Below are positions 16,126 to 20,000 of a stretch of DNA of 20,000 nucleotides, in pieces. A program made the position numbers and the translations under genes. Source of the DNA: an uncultured virus (IMG/VR IMGVR_UViG_3300025276_000028) (taxonomy: Duplodnaviria > Heunggongvirae > Uroviricota > Caudoviricetes); the IMG/VR virus record IMGVR_UViG_3300025276_000028. One strand, written 5' to 3'. The stretch's first letter is position 1. Each line of letters begins with the position of its first letter. The notes beneath the pieces were generated by a model. It saw nothing but the letters and a program-made list of their open reading frames with translations. It was not told the DNA's origin and ran no database searches.

Positions 16126-17217
16126 ATGAGTGTTTATAAGCCGGTAACAGTATCCCACCTAGAGCGTAGTATGTTCTTTGATGAAGCAGTGGATATTGCT
16201 CGTTATGATGAAGTAAAGTATCCAACATACGAAAAGTTATCCGACAAAATGTTGGGGTTCTTTTGGCGCCCCAATGAAATTGATGTAACTAAAGACAGAG
16301 CAGAATTTCGTGACCTCACTACACATGAGCAACATATATTCACAGCCAATTTAAAAAGACAAATCCTCCTTGATAGCGTACAAGGTCGGTCACCTAACTT
16401 GGCGTTATTGCCAATTTGTTCATTACCCGAACTAGAAGTGCTAGTAGAAACGTGGGCGTTCTTTGAGACTATTCATTCTCGCTCATATACGCATATTATT
16501 CGTAACATATATCCTAACCCTGGTCAAGTATTTGACGAGATCAATAGTATCTCAGAGATTCTTGATTGTGCAGACAATGTATCAAAGTACTATGACAACC
16601 TAATTGCAATCAACTCAGCGGAATCAGCTAATCCCGGATCCGTAGATAAGTACGAACAGAAACGAGCCTTATGGCTGTGTTTGCATTCTATATACATATT
16701 GGAAGGAATACGGTTTTATGTCTCATTTGCATGTAGTTGGGCATTTGCAGAATTAAAGAAGATGGAAGGCAACGCTAAGATTATTAAGCTGATTGCACGT
16801 GATGAGAATTTGCATTTATCTGCATCTACTCAAATCATCCGTAACCTCCTTAAAGAAGATTCGGACTTTATTTCGTTGCAGGAAGAATGTCGTGAAGAGG
16901 TATCTTCAATGTTTGTATCTGCAATCGATCAAGAAAAAGAATGGGTAGATTACTTATTTAAAGATGGTTCTATGATCGGTTTGAACAGTGTAATATTGAA
17001 GGACTACGTTGAATGGATTGCATCAAAGCGTATGAAGACACTTGGCTATATATCTCCTTATCAAGTATCTCAGGCTAATCCATTACCGTGGACCGAGAAG
17101 TGGATATCTGGATCTCAGGTGCAAGTAGCTCCACAAGAAGTGGAAATCTCCTCATATATAATTGGTGGAGTTAAACAGGATGTCGATGCTGACACATTGA
17201 AAGGAATGAGCTTATGA
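16126..17217 (+). CDS. nrdB: ribonucleotide reductase class Ia beta subunit
   Basis: FFWRP.E, LLDSVQGR, ETIHSRSYTH, EGIRFYVSFAC, RDENLH, VAPQEVEISSY. Confidence 0.98.
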   Translation: MSVYKPVTVSHLERSMFFDEAVDIARYDEVKYPTYEKLSDKMLGFFWRPNEIDVTKDRAEFRDLTTHEQHIFTANLKRQILLDSVQGRSPNLALLPICSLPELEVLVETWAFFETIHSRSYTHIIRNIYPNPGQVFDEINSISEILDCADNVSKYYDNLIAINSAESANPGSVDKYEQKRALWLCLHSIYILEGIRFYVSFACSWAFAELKKMEGNAKIIKLIARDENLHLSASTQIIRNLLKEDSDFISLQEECREEVSSMFVSAIDQEKEWVDYLFKDGSMIGLNSVILKDYVEWIASKRMKTLGYISPYQVSQANPLPWTEKWISGSQVQVAPQEVEISSYIIGGVKQDVDADTLKGMSL

Positions 17218-17477
17218 TTGAGATTTATGCAAGGGATAACCCACCTTGTGCTTACTGTATTGCAGCAGTTAATTTATGTGAAGCTAAGGGTTTAGAATAT
17301 AAGAAGTTAGTACTAGATAAGGATTTTAGTCTTGAGGATTTCACTATGGAATTCTATAATGCAAAAACCTTCCCACAAATCAAAAAGGACAATAAAGGCA
17401 TAGGCGGATTCGATGAATTAAGAACCGCTGTGATAGCCGATCAAGTTCGAGAATCAATTATGGATCTTAGTCTATGA
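17214..17477 (+). CDS. glutaredoxin
   Basis: CAYC, TFPQI, IGGFDEL; follows nrdB. Confidence 0.93.
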   Translation: MIEIYARDNPPCAYCIAAVNLCEAKGLEYKKLVLDKDFSLEDFTMEFYNAKTFPQIKKDNKGIGGFDELRTAVIADQVRESIMDLSL

Positions 17478-17629
17478 AATATAATCTAATTTGTGCAGAA
17501 TGCGATACTGAGTATGAAATTAACGACGATGATGATCTATCCATTGAACCTAATTATTGCCCGTATTGCAGTAAGCCAGCAGAAGATCCAGTAGCAACTG
17601 ATCGTGATGAAGATGAGCTGGATATATAA
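17474..17629 (+). CDS. small acidic zinc-ribbon protein, 51 aa
   Basis: manually translated MKYNLICAECDTEYEINDDDDLSIEPNYCPYCSKPAEDPVATDRDEDELDI; ATGA overlap with the glutaredoxin stop. Confidence 0.8.
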   Translation: MKYNLICAECDTEYEINDDDDLSIEPNYCPYCSKPAEDPVATDRDEDELDI

Positions 17630-18023
17630 TGGAGCTGAATACGATTTAGGTGAATCCACTCACAAGGATGTGTATGGATTTGTATATGTTGTTACTAATA
17701 TAGATACAGGTAAGAAGTATATTGGTAAGAAGGTATTCTGGTCAAAGAAGACCAGACAAGTCAAAGGTAAGAAAAAGAAGTATCTTGCTGAATCAGATTG
17801 GAAATCATATTATGGATCCAATGAAACGTTAAACGAAGAGAGAGGTTCCGGCACATTATTTCATAGAGAGATTCTACGATTGTGCCAATCTAAATCTGAG
17901 TGTTCTTACTTTGAAGCGAAGCTACAATTTCAGTATGATGTGTTACTATCTGACGAGTATTATAACGGATGGATAATGGCACGATGCAGAAGAGCCCACC
18001 TAAAAAAGATTTCAATTAGCTAA
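17613..18023 (+). CDS. GIY-YIG-like endonuclease
   Basis: YGFVYVVTN..TGKKYIGKK, YYGS, FHREIL, E..LQ, YYN; start at 17604, 17607 or 17613. Confidence 0.8.
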   Translation: MSWIYNGAEYDLGESTHKDVYGFVYVVTNIDTGKKYIGKKVFWSKKTRQVKGKKKKYLAESDWKSYYGSNETLNEERGSGTLFHREILRLCQSKSECSYFEAKLQFQYDVLLSDEYYNGWIMARCRRAHLKKISIS

Positions 18024-18031
18024 AATAAAGT

Positions 18032-18060
18032 TGTACATTGCAACCATACTATGGTATAAT
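18032..18060 (+). promoter_or_regulatory. early/middle promoter (TGTACA class), probably giving a leaderless mRNA
   Basis: TGTACA (18032-18037)-N17-TATAAT (18055-18060) with extended TG; ATG 5 nt downstream. Confidence 0.75.
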
Positions 18061-18065
18061 ACCCT

Positions 18066-18413
18066 ATGAGTAAAAATAATGTTGTTAAGTTCCCAGGCAT
18101 AAAGATCAATAAGCATCAGACTGAGCGCAATGAGTTATTAGCAGCTGCTCAAGAATGTGAAGACTATGTGCAGTACATGACCGATATGATCATTGACCAA
18201 ATGGTTATGGATGGTTATGATATGGAAGATAAAAAATTAATAGATGATTTAACCGTTACTATTAATATGATGTGTGGTGCAATCAGTCGGGTATCAAAGA
18301 TACCGCATTTTACTCACGAAATATTAGATGCAATGCATAATGAATTGCAGGCATTGATTGATGAAGAAGACGAATTCGATGATGAGTTCGACGATGGATA
18401 CAACGATGATTAA
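18066..18413 (+). CDS. acidic hypothetical protein
   Basis: 115 aa ORF, N-terminal NVVKFPG, strongly acidic C-terminal tail; no SD. Confidence 0.75.
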   Translation: MSKNNVVKFPGIKINKHQTERNELLAAAQECEDYVQYMTDMIIDQMVMDGYDMEDKKLIDDLTVTINMMCGAISRVSKIPHFTHEILDAMHNELQALIDEEDEFDDEFDDGYNDD

Positions 18414-18436
18414 CATTAAGTAATTGGAGAAGGCAT

Positions 18437-19282
18437 ATTATATTATTAGATTATAGTGGAATCGCAATTTCGTCTATTTTGTTACAGAACTTAGAGATCA
18501 AGGAAGACATCATTCGTCATGTTATCCTTAACTCTATTCGTATGTACAATAAGAAATTCCGTGACAAGTACGGTGCAATGGTTATCTGTACAGAGGGTCG
18601 TAAGAACTGGCGTAAGGATTACTTTCCTGAATACAAGTTCAAGCGTAAGGCAACACGTGAAAAGTCAAAGTTAGATTGGCCAGAAGCGTTTCGTATTATT
18701 AACCTTGTGACTGAAGAGATCATTGAAAATATGCCATGGTATGTTGTCAATGTTAATTCATGTGAGGCTGATGATACCATTGCTCATATTGCGTTATCTA
18801 CTCAAGAGTTTGGACAGCATGAAGACGTGATGATCGTTTCTTCCGATAAGGACTTTCTTCAGTTGCAGGCTAATACGGATAATATCCAACAGTTTAGTCC
18901 AATGCTTAAGAAGCTTATCCTTCAAGAAGATAAGTTTGATCTGCATGAACACGTATGTAAAGGTGATTCATCGGATGGTGTTCCTAACATATTATCTCCG
19001 GATGATACGTTTGTCTCAGGTGTTCGTCAATCACCAATGACTAAAAAGAAGATCGAAGAATGGCGGGATCTGTCAATCATGCCAGAAGATGCTCAGCGCA
19101 ATTATAAGCGTAACAGTACATTAATAGATCTTAGGGAAACACCAAAGGACGTTCAGGATGAGATCCTTAAAGCCTATGGCGATCGTAAGAAAGCCCACGC
19201 TACTAAGCCACTGAACTATCTTATTAAGAAACGCTGCAGGAACTTAATTGAATGTGTCGGCGATTTTAATAACAAATCATAA
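18437..19282 (+). CDS. rnh: T4-type RNase H / 5'-3' exonuclease (FEN family)
   Basis: (I)ILLDYSGIAI, WRKDYFPEYK..RK, EADD, SSDKDFLQL, GDSSDGVPN; start extended to ATT 18437. Confidence 0.93.
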   Translation: MILLDYSGIAISSILLQNLEIKEDIIRHVILNSIRMYNKKFRDKYGAMVICTEGRKNWRKDYFPEYKFKRKATREKSKLDWPEAFRIINLVTEEIIENMPWYVVNVNSCEADDTIAHIALSTQEFGQHEDVMIVSSDKDFLQLQANTDNIQQFSPMLKKLILQEDKFDLHEHVCKGDSSDGVPNILSPDDTFVSGVRQSPMTKKKIEEWRDLSIMPEDAQRNYKRNSTLIDLRETPKDVQDEILKAYGDRKKAHATKPLNYLIKKRCRNLIECVGDFNNKS

Positions 19283-19284
19283 TT

Positions 19285-19292
19285 TATAAATA
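19285..19292 (+). promoter_or_regulatory. T4 late promoter
   Basis: exact TATAAATA just after the rnh stop. Confidence 0.75.
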
Positions 19293-19366
19293 CAAAATTA
19301 ACCTAACCTATATGGAGGCTTGTCAATAATACCTTTCCCTTAACTACAATAATAACAGGAGACATT

Positions 19367-19531
19367 ATGTCGCCAACACACCTTGAACGATTAAGAAAAG
19401 ACTCGCGTGAATTAAATCATTATGAGAAACACTTGGAGAAAAAAGGTAATACGATGTTAATGTATAAGATAAAGAGAAAACGGGAATATTTAGAGTCAAA
19501 AATTATGGATATAACAATGGAAGTAGCTTGA
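19367..19531 (+). CDS. small basic hypothetical protein, 54 aa
   Basis: SD AGGAG; manually translated MSPTHLERLRKDSRELNHYEKHLEKKGNTMLMYKIKRKREYLESKIMDITMEVA. Confidence 0.75.
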   Translation: MSPTHLERLRKDSRELNHYEKHLEKKGNTMLMYKIKRKREYLESKIMDITMEVA

Positions 19532-19535
19532 TAAA

Positions 19536-19784
19536 ATGCCAATATATGATTATAAGTGTAACGACTGTATGGATGTTCATGCAGAAATTCGTAAGATAGC
19601 AGAAAGAAATGCCCCCTCTACATGTGTATCATGTGGAGGTGGTAACGTGTATATAAAATTAGGAGCTCCTAATGTATTGTATCACGGAACTGGTGGGGTC
19701 CTCTCAAAGACAGACGATGGTTGGAAGGATACCTTAAAAACAATTAAGAAGAATAATCCATTAGGCACATTTACCTCATCATGA
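19536..19784 (+). CDS. FmdB-family zinc-ribbon protein
   Basis: MPIYDYKCNDC...CVSCGG; precedes phoH. Confidence 0.85.
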   Translation: MPIYDYKCNDCMDVHAEIRKIAERNAPSTCVSCGGGNVYIKLGAPNVLYHGTGGVLSKTDDGWKDTLKTIKKNNPLGTFTSS

Positions 19785-20000
19785 CAATTAAAAAAGCAAT
19801 TAAGTTGAAGTTAGAGCAGCTCGCTAAAGTAGAACCAATGACAGACACACAGCGAGAAGTATTTGAAAGATACAATGAGGGTTATAATTTAGTTTTAAAC
19901 GGTTCGGCAGGCACAGGTAAAACATTCATTGCAATGGCCCTTGCCTTAGAAGAAGTTCTTGATAGAGAAACTCCCTACGAGAAAGTTATTATTGTAAGGT
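19781..20000 (+). CDS. phoH: PhoH-family ATPase (5' part, truncated by window)
   Basis: manual translation MTIKKAIK...EPMTDTQ...LNGSAGTGKTFIAMALAL...YEKVIIVR. Confidence 0.9.
   Translation, partial: MTIKKAIKLKLEQLAKVEPMTDTQREVFERYNEGYNLVLNGSAGTGKTFIAMALALEEVLDRETPYEKVIIVR

Noticed and set aside
13855..17217. Introns or inteins in nrdA/nrdB
   Set aside because: Both ORFs are continuous and of normal length (751 and 363 aa)
17613..18023. GIY-YIG gene as a mobile homing endonuclease element
   Set aside because: Short, catalytic domain only, with no NUMOD/HTH tail or intron context; mobility is unsupported
18355..18413. GAY/GAR-rich quasi-repeat
   Set aside because: It simply encodes the acidic C-terminal tail (DEEDEFDDEFDD)
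1..20000. tRNAs, CRISPR arrays, long repeats, stop-codon reassignment
   Set aside because: Intergenic gaps are short and explained by promoters or small ORFs; no arrays or cloverleafs seen; conserved genes are intact in the standard code

Overview
Gene-dense, AT-rich segment of a T4-like myovirus with all credible genes on the + strand; the host is probably Gram-negative (two-component spanins, class Ia RNR). Left to right: an aGPT-Pplase1-like thymine hypermodification enzyme, UvsX, gp41 helicase, a DUF3310-like protein, ThyX, a DUF1353-like protein, an HEXXH protein and a SleB-like hydrolase. Next is a ~6.6 kb block driven by T4 late promoters (TATAAATA), then spanins, nrdA, nrdB, glutaredoxin, a GIY-YIG-like nuclease, RNase H, an FmdB zinc ribbon and a partial phoH. 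The most notable signal is in the late block. Six proteins begin with T4-internal-protein-like capsid-targeting leaders ending in a prohead-protease-type site. They include a PD-(D/E)xK-like nuclease, an RNA-ligase-fold covalent nucleotidyltransferase, a ~30% Lys protein, an HxGH nucleotidyltransferase and two apparent cassette polyproteins, which suggests a virion-packaged, co-injected enzyme payload. Also seen: a probable ATT start codon for rnh, a probable leaderless gene, a recurring TGTAC-type early/middle promoter and three small ORFs missing from the ORF track. Family assignments come from motif recognition only; no searches were run.
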